49,006 bases of DNA from Actinomycetota bacterium (GTDB lineage Bacteria > Actinomycetota > Actinomycetes > Mycobacteriales > Micromonosporaceae): the NCBI GenBank assembly GCA_046727455.1, contig JBKPCQ010000219.1:1-49006 (forward strand), in the 5' to 3' direction. Shown piece after piece: positions 24,984 to 33,423 of the stretch (position 1 is its first letter; the number at the start of each line of letters is the position of its first letter). Below the pieces are notes generated by a model. It made no database searches. It was given only the letters and a program-made list of their open reading frames with translations, and had not been told where the DNA came from. Position numbers and translations under genes: made by a program.

Positions 24984-27563
24984 CTACCCGAGCGCGGCGA
25001 GGTGCGCCCGGACCTCGCCGGCCTCCGGTACGCCCAGCTCCGCGTACCGGGTCAGCGCCTGCTGCCAGTGCTCGCGCGCCCGGTCGGTCGCGCCGGAGAG
25101 CTGGTGGATCCGGGCGAGGCAGCTGAAGGCACGGGCCTGCTCGTAGTGGTCGCCGGTCTCGGTGGCCAGCGCGAGCGCGGCGGTGTGCTGCTCGTGCGCC
25201 CCGCCGGGCCGGTCCTGGGCGAGCAGGCATTCGCCGAGGCCGTTGCGCGCCTCCGCCTGGCCGCCGACGTCGTCGATCTGCTCGAAGATCCCGAGCGCGT
25301 ACCGGATGTGCCCGACCGCGGTATCGACCTGCCCCAGGCGCAGGTGCGCGATGCCCAGGTCGGTGCTGACCTGGGCGTCCCCGATCCGGTACCCGCTTTC
25401 CCGGTGCAGCCGCATCGACTCCGCGTTGTAGGCGACGGCCTCCCGGTACCGGCCCTGCCGCAGGTAGACGAGCCCGAGGAGGTTCAGCGCGTCGGCCTCG
25501 TCCTGCGTGTCGTCGAGCTCCCGGTACACCGCGAGCGCCTGCTGGAACAGCTCCTCCGCCTCGGCGTAGCGCCCGAGCCGCCAGTACGCACCGCCGACGT
25601 TGCCCCGCGCCCGCGCCGCACCGAGGCGGTTGCCGACCCGCTCGTAGACCTCGATGGACTGGCGACCCCAGTCGGCGGCCTGCTCGTACCGGCCCAGCCG
25701 CCACGAGACGACGCCGAGGTTGCCGAGGGTACGGGCCTCCCCGAGCCGGTCGTCGGTCTCCCGGAACAGGGCGAGGGCCTGCCGGAAGTAGCCGGCCGCC
25801 TGGCGGTGGTGGCCCTGGCGCCGGTACGCCCCGGCGAGGTTGTTCAGCGCGTGCGCCTCGCCGGCCAGGTCGCCGGCCTCGCGCGCGGCCCGGCTCGCAT
25901 GGGTGTGCAGGCTGATCGCGTCGGCCAGGTGGCCGCTGGTGTCCAGGTACCGGAAGATGGTGGCGGCCAGCGTGACGGTGTACCCGGCCGGACCGTGCGT
26001 CGCCGCGTGGACGGCGGTGGCGATGAGGTTCGCGCGTTCGGTGTCCAGCCAGGCGCGGGCGGCGTCGGCGTCGGCCATCGGCGCGGGCGGGGTGGTCGGC
26101 GGCGGTACCGGCGGCCGGTGCTGCCGCTCCGCCGGGAACACGAGGTCCATCGCGACGGCCGAGGCGGCGAGGTAATGGTCGAACAGCCGGCCCAGCGCCT
26201 CGCGCCGGGCGGCCGGGCGCTCCTCGTCGGTGGCCCGTCCGGAAGCGAAGGCGCGTACCAGGTCGTGGAAGACGTAGCGGCCGGGCGCGGTCTGCTGCAG
26301 GACATGGTCGTCGGACAGCTGGCGCAGGTGCTCGTCGGCGCTGTCCGGATCCAGGCCGGTGAGCGCGGCGGCGGCGTACCCGTCGACGTCGGTGCCCGGA
26401 TGGATGGACAGCATCCGTAACAGGTGCCGCCGCTCGGGCGGCAGGTGCTGGTAGGACAGTGCCAGCGCGAGTTCCAGGCCGTCGTCGAGCCGGCCGGCGC
26501 GGTGCCGCTCCTCCAGCCACTCGGCGTGGTCGGTGAAGGTCCAGTCGGGCCGGCCGCGCATATGGCCGGCGACCAGGCCGAGGGCCAGCGGCAGGTAGCC
26601 GCAGCGCTCGGCCACCCGGGCCAGGACGCCGGGGTCGTCGCCGCGCGTCACCTCGGGCACCGCCCGGGCGAGGAAGTCCGCCGCCTCGGCCGGCGTAAAC
26701 ACGGCCACCTGCAGATGTACCACCGGAAGCAGCTTCGCCAGGCTCCGCCGGCTGGTCACCAGCGTGACCGAGCCGGGGGAGCCGGGCAGCAGCGGCTCGG
26801 CCTGCGCCTCGTCGGCCGCGTTGTCGAGCACGACCAGGGCGCGCCGGCCGGCCAGGCATTCGCGGTACTTCGCCACCCGGCCTTCCAGGGTGTGCGGGAT
26901 CTGCTGGCCCGGTACCCCCAGCAGCCGCAGGAAGCTGTCCAGAACCGCGGCCGGCTCCGCGGGTGGCTGGCCCGGATCCGGGTGGAAGCCGCGCAGGTTG
27001 ACGAACAGTACCCGCTCGAAAGGCTCGTCCCGGGCGAGCAGGTGCCCGGCGTGGATGGCGAGCTGGGTCTTGCCGACGCCGGCCATGCCCTCGATGGCCA
27101 CCGCGCCGCTCCCACCGGCCTCGCCCAGAACCCGGCGTAGCCGGTCCAGCTCGTCCTGCCGCCCGGTGAACTCGGGGTTGTCGTCCGGCAGCGCGTCCTG
27201 CGCGCGTACCTGCGACGACGCCTGTGTCTCGGCCAGCACGACGCGCAGCGCCTGGCGCCAGTGCGCCACGTACCCGGCGTCCGCGTGCAACGCCTCCACC
27301 ACGGCGATGACGAGGTCGGTGTTGACCCGGCGGCGCCCGGTACGGAAGCAGTCCGCGACGGTGTTCTTGCGCGCCAGCTCGCCCGCCGGCCGCCCGGAGC
27401 CCACCCAGACCGCGTTGATCCGGTCCTTGATGGTCTCGTACGACGGGTCCCCGGCCCAGATCTTCAGCAGCCGCAGCCGTTCGATGAGGTCGTCCAGCGT
27501 GCGGGCGGCGCCCGGGTCGGGCAGCGCGGCCCGGGTCTCACCGGCGTCCAGGGAGGTCGTCAC
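24984..27563 (-). CDS. STAND NTPase regulator: N-terminal HTH-like domain, NB-ARC ATPase and C-terminal TPR array
   Basis: Track ORF, 859 aa, GTG start. It has a P-loop GMAGVGKTQLA and a Walker B-like LVVLDNA, followed by repeated TPR-like units (for example ALNNLAGAYRRQGHHRQAAGYFRQAL and TLGNLGVVSWRLGRYEQAADW). Confidence 0.85.
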   Translation of the reverse strand: MTTSLDAGETRAALPDPGAARTLDDLIERLRLLKIWAGDPSYETIKDRINAVWVGSGRPAGELARKNTVADCFRTGRRRVNTDLVIAVVEALHADAGYVAHWRQALRVVLAETQASSQVRAQDALPDDNPEFTGRQDELDRLRRVLGEAGGSGAVAIEGMAGVGKTQLAIHAGHLLARDEPFERVLFVNLRGFHPDPGQPPAEPAAVLDSFLRLLGVPGQQIPHTLEGRVAKYRECLAGRRALVVLDNAADEAQAEPLLPGSPGSVTLVTSRRSLAKLLPVVHLQVAVFTPAEAADFLARAVPEVTRGDDPGVLARVAERCGYLPLALGLVAGHMRGRPDWTFTDHAEWLEERHRAGRLDDGLELALALSYQHLPPERRHLLRMLSIHPGTDVDGYAAAALTGLDPDSADEHLRQLSDDHVLQQTAPGRYVFHDLVRAFASGRATDEERPAARREALGRLFDHYLAASAVAMDLVFPAERQHRPPVPPPTTPPAPMADADAARAWLDTERANLIATAVHAATHGPAGYTVTLAATIFRYLDTSGHLADAISLHTHASRAAREAGDLAGEAHALNNLAGAYRRQGHHRQAAGYFRQALALFRETDDRLGEARTLGNLGVVSWRLGRYEQAADWGRQSIEVYERVGNRLGAARARGNVGGAYWRLGRYAEAEELFQQALAVYRELDDTQDEADALNLLGLVYLRQGRYREAVAYNAESMRLHRESGYRIGDAQVSTDLGIAHLRLGQVDTAVGHIRYALGIFEQIDDVGGQAEARNGLGECLLAQDRPGGAHEQHTAALALATETGDHYEQARAFSCLARIHQLSGATDRAREHWQQALTRYAELGVPEAGEVRAHLAALG

Positions 27564-27576
27564 CGGGCCAACCCTA

Positions 27577-27656
27577 GCCGCGCAGCTTGTCGGAGCGGCT
27601 ACCAGTCAGCGCTTGTCAGCGGCGCATCCGGGATCGTCCGGGATCGGCCTGCGCGG
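27577..27656 (+). repeat. Dispersed repeat family R2, copy 2 (longest), closed by an 8-bp stem
   Basis: CCGCGCAG (27578-27585) pairs with CTGCGCGG (27649-27656). There are internal direct repeats GTCGGAGCGG / GTCAGCG / GTCAGCGG and a 10-nt tandem CCGGGATCGT-CCGGGATCGG. It is intergenic, 14 nt upstream of the STAND gene start. Confidence 0.85.
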
Positions 27657-27687
27657 GGTGCCGATGCGGAAGGCTGGGCCTCGCCCG

Positions 27688-27721
27688 GAGGGCCTGGGAT
27701 TCATCGGGGGCCCAGGCCCTC
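27688..27721. terminator. 11-bp stem hairpin downstream of the sigma/DinB operon
   Basis: gagggcctggg (27688-27698) pairs with cccaggccctc (27711-27721), with a 12-nt loop. It lies 130 nt beyond the stop at 27851, and there is no U-tract. Confidence 0.35.
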
Positions 27722-27850
27722 GGGGTGTTCACCGCACGTTTACCCAGCCCTTCGCCCGCCGCAACGGCGCCGGCGGCGACGAGTGAGGGCGTGCCGATCG
27801 CTCACCCGTGCGGGGTGAGGCTCGCCGGGCCGGGTGCCCGTATCCGGCCG

Positions 27851-28456
27851 TCAACCGGTCGGTGGACGCGCCCATCCGGGGTCGCGGCCGAGGAAGGCGA
27901 CCAGCCGGTCGCCCGGCGACGCCCCGGGCGGTACCGGTGCCGGCGGGGCGAACCGGCCGGGCCGGTCCGCGAGGGCGACCAGCAGCTGTGAGAGGTCGAA
28001 CAGCTCTTCGGCCAGTCCGGGCGGGATCGGCCGGTCCTCGCCGCAGGCGCGCGCCACGTCCCAGCCGTGCACCGCCACCTCGATCGCGCCGGTACCCAGG
28101 ACGATCCCGCTCGTCAGCGGCCGGCCGGCGATCGAGACCAGGTCGGGCTGGCGCGCGGCGGTCGACGCCGCGAGCAGCCGCCGGGCCCGGCAGCGCAGGC
28201 TCGGGAGTGGATCGCCGGACGGGTCGGGGTGCCCGCACGCGAGGTCGACCTCCCCATGGTCGACGGCCTCGGTCAGCGCGAGGAGGGAGTCGTCCAGGTG
28301 GTCCAGCAGCGCCCGCAGGTCCCAGCTCCGGCAGGGGGTGGGGCGGGCCAGCGCCGCCGGGGTGACCAGGTGCAGGCTTCCCAGCGTGTAGTTGATCGCG
28401 CGCTCCAGCAGCGTGATGCCCGCGACCGAGGCCGCCGGGCTGATGCCGGTCATCAT
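27851..28456 (-). CDS. DinB-fold, mycothiol-dependent maleylpyruvate-isomerase-N-terminal-domain family protein
   Basis: Track ORF, 201 aa. ARPTPCRSWDLRALLDHL matches the TIGR03083-type N-terminal motif. It lies 9 nt downstream of the sigma factor gene. Confidence 0.8.
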   Translation of the reverse strand: MMTGISPAASVAGITLLERAINYTLGSLHLVTPAALARPTPCRSWDLRALLDHLDDSLLALTEAVDHGEVDLACGHPDPSGDPLPSLRCRARRLLAASTAARQPDLVSIAGRPLTSGIVLGTGAIEVAVHGWDVARACGEDRPIPPGLAEELFDLSQLLVALADRPGRFAPPAPVPPGASPGDRLVAFLGRDPGWARPPTG

Positions 28457-28465
28457 CGGTCCGGT

Positions 28466-29467
28466 TTACGTGCGCCCGCTGCCCGCGGGCAGGGTCTCCG
28501 GCAGCCCGAACAGGGCGAACAGGCTGGTGTCGAAGAAGCACCCGACGTGCCCGACCTGGTCGCCGCGCAGGTCCAGGACGTGCAGCTGGAACGGCCGGTA
28601 CCCGCCGTCCTCGCCGCGCATGTACAGCCCGAAGGCCGGCTGGCCGTTGGCCCGCGTGGGGATCAGCCGCATGTCCCCGGGACCCCGGGCCGGGCAGTGG
28701 GTGTCGATCAGCGCGCCGATGTCCTCGGGGCCCTGGTACCAGCCGATGAACGGCGGCATCTCCCAGACCGCGTCCTTGGTGAACAGCTCGACGATCGCGG
28801 GGATGTCCTTGTTCTCGAAGGCCGTGACGTACCGGTCGAGCAGCTCCCGCTGGTCCGGGGTGGTGGGCTCGGCCACCGTGTCCTCGGTCGGCGCCACCTG
28901 GTCGAGCTGGGTGCGGGCGCGCTGCAGCGCGCTGTTGACCGCGGCGGTGGTGGTGCCGAGCATGTCGGCGACCTCGGCGGCCTTCCAGTTCAGCACCTCG
29001 CGCAGGATCAGCACGGCGCGCTGGCGGGGCGGCAGGTACTGCAACGCCGCGACGAGCGCCAGCCGGATGCTCTCCCGCGAGGTGACGACCGTGGCCGGGT
29101 CGCTGGCCTCGGCGCCGACGAGGGCGTCCGGTACCGGCTCCAGCCAGGGGACCTCGGTCTGCTCGACGAGCACGTCGCCGGGGCCCGAGCTGGGCGCGCC
29201 CAGGCCGGTCGGCAGCGGCCGGCGGCCGCGGCTCTCCAGCGCGGTCAGGCAGGTGCGGGTGGCGATCCGGTACAGCCAGGTGCGCAGCGACGACCGGCCC
29301 TCGAACCGGTCGTAGGCGCGCCAGGCGCGCAGGTACGTCTCCTGGACCAGGTCCTCGGCGTCGTGCACCGAGCCGAGCATGCGGTAGCAGTGCGCCAGCA
29401 GCTCGCGCCGGTACGGGTCGGCCTGCCGCAGGAAGTCCTCGTCCACCCGGGTGTCCACCATGGTCAC
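28466..29467 (-). CDS. ECF-type sigma-70 factor with NTF2/SnoaL-like C-terminal extension (SigG / TIGR02960-like)
   Basis: Track ORF, 333 aa. It has sigma-2 DAEDLVQETYLRAW, sigma-4 LPPRQRAVLILREVLNWKAAEVADMLGTT, and a C-terminal extension of about 130 aa. Confidence 0.9.
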   Translation of the reverse strand: MTMVDTRVDEDFLRQADPYRRELLAHCYRMLGSVHDAEDLVQETYLRAWRAYDRFEGRSSLRTWLYRIATRTCLTALESRGRRPLPTGLGAPSSGPGDVLVEQTEVPWLEPVPDALVGAEASDPATVVTSRESIRLALVAALQYLPPRQRAVLILREVLNWKAAEVADMLGTTTAAVNSALQRARTQLDQVAPTEDTVAEPTTPDQRELLDRYVTAFENKDIPAIVELFTKDAVWEMPPFIGWYQGPEDIGALIDTHCPARGPGDMRLIPTRANGQPAFGLYMRGEDGGYRPFQLHVLDLRGDQVGHVGCFFDTSLFALFGLPETLPAGSGRT

Positions 29468-29607
29468 GACCCTTCATCTCCGCCCGCCCGGTGCCGTTAT
29501 CAGTACGGACCAGGGCGGGTGCCGAAAGTCATCGCCGCTGCGATGAGTTTTTCCGCGGTCGTCGGTCGATACCGGCGATGGTAACCCGACGGCTGGAGGA
29601 GCGAGCC

Positions 29608-31122
29608 ATGTCAGAAGCGATGGAATCTACCGGAACCGGGCCGGTGTCCGAGCACCCCGGCCGGCGGTGGGCCGCGCTGGTGGTGCTCTGCGTCGGCGTA
29701 CTCATGATCGTTCTCGACGCCACGGTGGTCAACGTGGCGCTGCCCGCCATCCAGAGCGACCTGGGCTTCTCCCCGGCGGGCCTGGCCTGGGTGGTCAACG
29801 CGTACCTGATCGCCTTCGGCGGCCTGCTGCTGCTCGCCGGGCGCCTCGGCGACCTGGTGTCGAGCCGGCGGGTCTTCCTGATCGGGCTGGCCGTGTTCAC
29901 GCTCGCCTCGCTGCTGTGCGGGCTCGCGCCGAGCCGGGGGATGCTGATCGCCGCGCGCTTCGTCCAGGGCGTCGGCGGAGCGTTCACCTCGGCGGTGATC
30001 CTCGGCATGATCGTCACGATGTTCACCGAGCCGCGCGAGCGGGCCAAGGCGATCGGCGTGTACGCCTTCGTCGCCTCCGCCGGGGGCTCGGTCGGGCTGC
30101 TCGCCGGTGGGGTACTCACCCAGGGGCTGAACTGGCACTGGATCTTCTTCGTCAACGTGCCGATCGGCATCGTCACCGGGGTACTCGCCCGCCGGCTGCT
30201 CGACCGCGACCGCGGTACCGGCCTGCGCGCGGGCGCGGACGTGCCGGGCGCGGCACTGATCACGGGCGCGCTGATGCTCGGCGTGTACACCATCGTCGAG
30301 CCGGCCGCACACGACGGCTGGACCGCGCCGGGCACGCTGCGGCTGGGCGCGGTCGCGCTGGTCCTGCTGGCCGCGTTCGTGGTGCGGGAGGCGACCGCGC
30401 GGTCGCCGCTGGTACCGTTGCGGATCTTCCGGTCCCGCGGGGTGACCGGGGCCAACGTGATCCAGGCGCTGACCGTCGCCGGCATGTTCGGGATGTTCTT
30501 CCTCGGCGTGCTGTACCTGCAACGGGTGCTCGGCTACGACGCCCTGCGGACCGGCCTGGCCTTCCTGCCGACCACCGTGGTGATGGGTACGCTCTCGCTG
30601 CGCTACTCCGAGCGGCTGATCACCCGGTTCGGCGCGCGGGCGGTGCTGGTACCGGGTCTCGCGTTCATCGCCGTGGGCCTCGCCCTCTTCGCCCGGGTGC
30701 CCGTCCACGGCACGTACCTGACCGACGTGCTCCCGTCGATGCTCCTGCTCGGTACCGGCGTCGGCGTCGCGTTCCCCGCGCTGGCCACGCTCGCGATGTC
30801 CAGCGCGACCGAGGCCGACGCCGGCCTGGCCTCCGGCCTGGTCAACACGACCGTCCAGGTGGGCGCCGCGCTCGGGCTGGCCGTGCTGGCCACCCTGTCG
30901 GCCACCCGGAGTGCCGCCCTGACCCGGGCCGGCGTCCCCGGTGTCGAAGCGCTCACCGGCGGGTACCGGCTGGCGCTGCTGGTCGGGCTCGCGCTCGTCC
31001 TCGTCTCCTGCGTCGTCGCCGGGACCGTGCTGTGGCCGGTGCGCCGCCGCCCCAAGCCGGTGTCGGTACCGGCCGCGGCGCCGGCACCGAACCACGAACT
31101 CGCCTACTGCACGGCCGACTGA
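29608..31122 (+). CDS. MFS transporter, DHA2 family
   Basis: ATG 29608 (MSEAMEST) is preceded by GGAGGA (29595-29600). It has LDATVVNVALPAIQSDL and GRLGDLVSSRRVF motifs and is a paralogue of the pump at 5905. Confidence 0.9.
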   Translation: MSEAMESTGTGPVSEHPGRRWAALVVLCVGVLMIVLDATVVNVALPAIQSDLGFSPAGLAWVVNAYLIAFGGLLLLAGRLGDLVSSRRVFLIGLAVFTLASLLCGLAPSRGMLIAARFVQGVGGAFTSAVILGMIVTMFTEPRERAKAIGVYAFVASAGGSVGLLAGGVLTQGLNWHWIFFVNVPIGIVTGVLARRLLDRDRGTGLRAGADVPGAALITGALMLGVYTIVEPAAHDGWTAPGTLRLGAVALVLLAAFVVREATARSPLVPLRIFRSRGVTGANVIQALTVAGMFGMFFLGVLYLQRVLGYDALRTGLAFLPTTVVMGTLSLRYSERLITRFGARAVLVPGLAFIAVGLALFARVPVHGTYLTDVLPSMLLLGTGVGVAFPALATLAMSSATEADAGLASGLVNTTVQVGAALGLAVLATLSATRSAALTRAGVPGVEALTGGYRLALLVGLALVLVSCVVAGTVLWPVRRRPKPVSVPAAAPAPNHELAYCTAD

Positions 31123-31134
31123 GGGAGGTACGCC

Positions 31135-31542
31135 ATGTCCACCAAGATCTTCGTCAACCTCCCGGTGAAGGACCTCGACCGGTCGATCGACTTCTTCACC
31201 CGGCTCGGCTACTCGTTCAACAAGCAGTTCTCCGACGAGCGCGGGGCCTGCCTCGTGGTCAGCGAGCACATCTACGCGATGCTGCTCGTCGAGCCGTTCT
31301 TCCAGACGCTCACCCGCAAGCCGGTCGCGGACGCGACGAAGGGTACCGAGGTCATCCTGGCGCTCGGCGTCGAGAGCCGCGAGCAGGTGGACGGGATGGT
31401 CGACCGGGCGCTCGCGAGCGGCGGGCAGCCGCTCAACGACCCGATCGACGACGGCCACATGTACGTGCGCAGCTTCCAGGACCCGGACGGGCACGAGTGG
31501 GAGCTGATGTGGATGGACCCCGCCGCGGTTCAGACGGCGTGA
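31135..31542 (+). CDS. VOC (glyoxalase/bleomycin-resistance fold) family protein
   Basis: Track ORF, 135 aa. KIFVNLPVKDLDRSIDFFTRLGY and DPDGHEWELMW are typical of this fold. It lies 12 nt after the MFS stop. Confidence 0.85.
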   Translation: MSTKIFVNLPVKDLDRSIDFFTRLGYSFNKQFSDERGACLVVSEHIYAMLLVEPFFQTLTRKPVADATKGTEVILALGVESREQVDGMVDRALASGGQPLNDPIDDGHMYVRSFQDPDGHEWELMWMDPAAVQTA

Positions 31543-31548
31543 CAGCGT

Positions 31549-31582
31549 GCGGGCCCCACCGGGGGACACCGGTGCGGCCCGC
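31549..31582. terminator. 14-bp stem (one mismatch) hairpin between the convergent VOC and beta-propeller genes
   Basis: gcgggccccaccgg (31549-31562), loop gggaca, ccggtgcggcccgc (31569-31582). Confidence 0.6.
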
Positions 31583-31593
31583 CCCCCGTACCG

Positions 31594-32808
31594 TCAGCCG
31601 AGGTGCAGGACGAACGTCCGGCTGGCTCCGTTGAGGTGGAAACCGACCGCCCATGCCTGAGCGGTCCCGGGCACCCGGCTGACGCCGTTGAGGAGAGTGT
31701 CTCCGGCCGCGCCGTTCGGGCTCGACACCCGGCTCCACGCCGTGCCGTTCCAGTGCAGGGTCTGGGTCTTGTCGACCGGGAACGCGGTGCCGTCGGCGCC
31801 GCGGTCGGTGAACGTGCCCACCGCCCACACGTCGTTCGACGCGACGGCGGTGACGCCGCTGAGGATGTCCTCCGCCGGGTGGTCGGGGCTCGCCACGACC
31901 CGCCACGCTGTGCCGTTCCAGTGCAGGGTGAGTGTCTTGTCCGGCAGGAAGCTCCCGGTCGCCGTGTCGATGGTCTGGCCGACCGCCCACACGTCGGTTG
32001 CGCTCACGGCCGCCACCGCGTTGAGGACCTGCCGCGCGCCGTTGAACTGGTTCGGCTTGGCGACGTTCGGGCTCGGTACCACCTTCCAGGCCACACCGTT
32101 GAAGTGTTCGGTGAGGGTGAACGTGTCGAGCACCGTGCCGTGCGACACGCTGAAGCTGCCGACCGCCCAGATGTCCGTCGGCGACTTCGCGGACACGCCG
32201 GTGAGTGTCGAGCCCGCGAGGGTGGTACCGGCCGGCGGTACCGGATCCGGCGCGGTGACGATCGACCACGCGGAGCCGTCCCAGTGTTCGATCAGCGCGC
32301 GGCCGGTGCGGCTGCGGCCGACCGCCCACGCGTTGGTGGTACCGACGTCCACCACGCCGGTGAGGATCGACTTCGCCGTACCTGTCGTGGTCGGCGTCGG
32401 CACGATCGTCCAGGCACCGTTCGCCCAGTGCGCGGCGATCGGGTTCGTGCTGGCGAAGCCGGTCCGGTTGGTCGAGCCCACCGCCCACGCGTCCGTCGCG
32501 CCGGCCGCGCTGACCGCGAGCAGCTTCTCGTCGAAGAACTGCACGTTGGGTGTTGCCACCTGGGCCCACCGCTGCCCGTTCCACCGCTCGGCGAGCATGA
32601 TCCGGCCGTCGTGCTCGGCCGGTCCCCGGTAGAAGCCGACCGCCCAGGCGTCGTTCGCGTTCAACGCGGACACCGCGGTGAGTTGGTTCTCGGTCGGCAC
32701 CGGATCGACACTCGGCACGACGGACCAGGTCGGCGCCGCGGCTGCCGGGGCCGCGACGAGTAACGCGGCGGCCGCGCCGGCCAGCGCGGCCACGATACGA
32801 CGTTGCAT
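31594..32808 (-). CDS. Secreted beta-propeller repeat protein (7 x WAVG blades)
   Basis: ATG 32808 is preceded by GGGGGAGGA, and the signal peptide is MQRRIVAALAGAAAALLVAAPAAAA. There are seven spaced repeats ending in (N/T)(D/N/A)xWAVG. Confidence 0.8.
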   Translation of the reverse strand: MQRRIVAALAGAAAALLVAAPAAAAPTWSVVPSVDPVPTENQLTAVSALNANDAWAVGFYRGPAEHDGRIMLAERWNGQRWAQVATPNVQFFDEKLLAVSAAGATDAWAVGSTNRTGFASTNPIAAHWANGAWTIVPTPTTTGTAKSILTGVVDVGTTNAWAVGRSRTGRALIEHWDGSAWSIVTAPDPVPPAGTTLAGSTLTGVSAKSPTDIWAVGSFSVSHGTVLDTFTLTEHFNGVAWKVVPSPNVAKPNQFNGARQVLNAVAAVSATDVWAVGQTIDTATGSFLPDKTLTLHWNGTAWRVVASPDHPAEDILSGVTAVASNDVWAVGTFTDRGADGTAFPVDKTQTLHWNGTAWSRVSSPNGAAGDTLLNGVSRVPGTAQAWAVGFHLNGASRTFVLHLG

Positions 32809-32893
32809 GGAACTGTCCTCCCCCAGTTGGTTCAACTGTCATGGCGAACGGACCCCGGTCGGCTGTGGTTCGATCCACCCAGGCGTCCACCCG

Positions 32894-33325
32894 ATGGGAG
32901 GAGGAGCGGTGGCCGAAGACTCCTATGCACTGCGACCGATCGGCTGGGTGGAGTCACCACTGCTGGACCGGTCGATGGCACCGCGGCAGGGCGGCGAGGG
33001 AGCGCCCGAGGCGTGGCTGGTGTTCGAGCCGGCGGTCCGCGACGGGCTGCGCGACCTGCGCGCGGGGCTGGACGTCATCGTGCTGACCTGGCTGGACCGG
33101 TCGCGCCGCGACGTCCTCGTGGTGCGTCCGGGCGGGGACGCGTGGCGGCCGGAGACCGGGGTGTTCCTCACCCGGTCCCCGGACCGGCCGAACCCGATCG
33201 GCCTGCACCGGGTACGGGTCCTCGCCGTCGACGGCCTCCGGGTCCGGGTCGACCACCTGGAGGCGCTGGACCGCACGCCGATCCTGGACGTGAAGCCGGT
33301 GATCGACCCCGTCCTGGAGCGGTAG
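32894..33325 (+). CDS. TrmO/TsaA (YaeB) family SAM-dependent tRNA methyltransferase
   Basis: This is the 3' part of track ORF 32678..33325. The start is ATG 32894, or GTG 32909 which lies 7 nt after GGAGG. Motifs are LRPIGWVES, RSPDRPNPIGLHRV and ILDVKP. Confidence 0.8.
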   Translation: MGGGAVAEDSYALRPIGWVESPLLDRSMAPRQGGEGAPEAWLVFEPAVRDGLRDLRAGLDVIVLTWLDRSRRDVLVVRPGGDAWRPETGVFLTRSPDRPNPIGLHRVRVLAVDGLRVRVDHLEALDRTPILDVKPVIDPVLER

Positions 33326-33423
33326 ACAACGTTTCCCCCGTTCGGCCGGTTGGTCAACGGGGCATCGACCGGTACCGTGATCACGCCGCAGGTCCCGGGG
33401 GGGACCGGGGGGAGGGGATCGCG

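Noticed and set aside
24178-26859. An 893-aa minus ORF that appears to fuse the hydrolase with upstream sequence
   Set aside because: Only the last 266 codons (from ATG 24978) look like a protein. The rest is an out-of-frame shadow of the STAND gene (24984..27563), which has clean P-loop and TPR motifs in another frame.
24984-27563. The STAND NTPase as an Avs-type antiphage protein
   Set aside because: The N-terminal domain looks like the HTH module common in actinomycete NB-ARC/TPR regulators, not a nuclease, protease or other fused effector. Only the coupling to the downstream hydrolase is kept, as a speculative finding.
27613-27623. TTGTCAGCGGC within R2 as a RecA-independent DNA-damage (PafBC-type) promoter, consensus tTGTCAGTGGC-N6-TAnnnT
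   Set aside because: It matches 10/11 of the upstream half, but no TAnnnT follows at the required 6-nt spacing in any copy. The nearby genes are also on the opposite strand.
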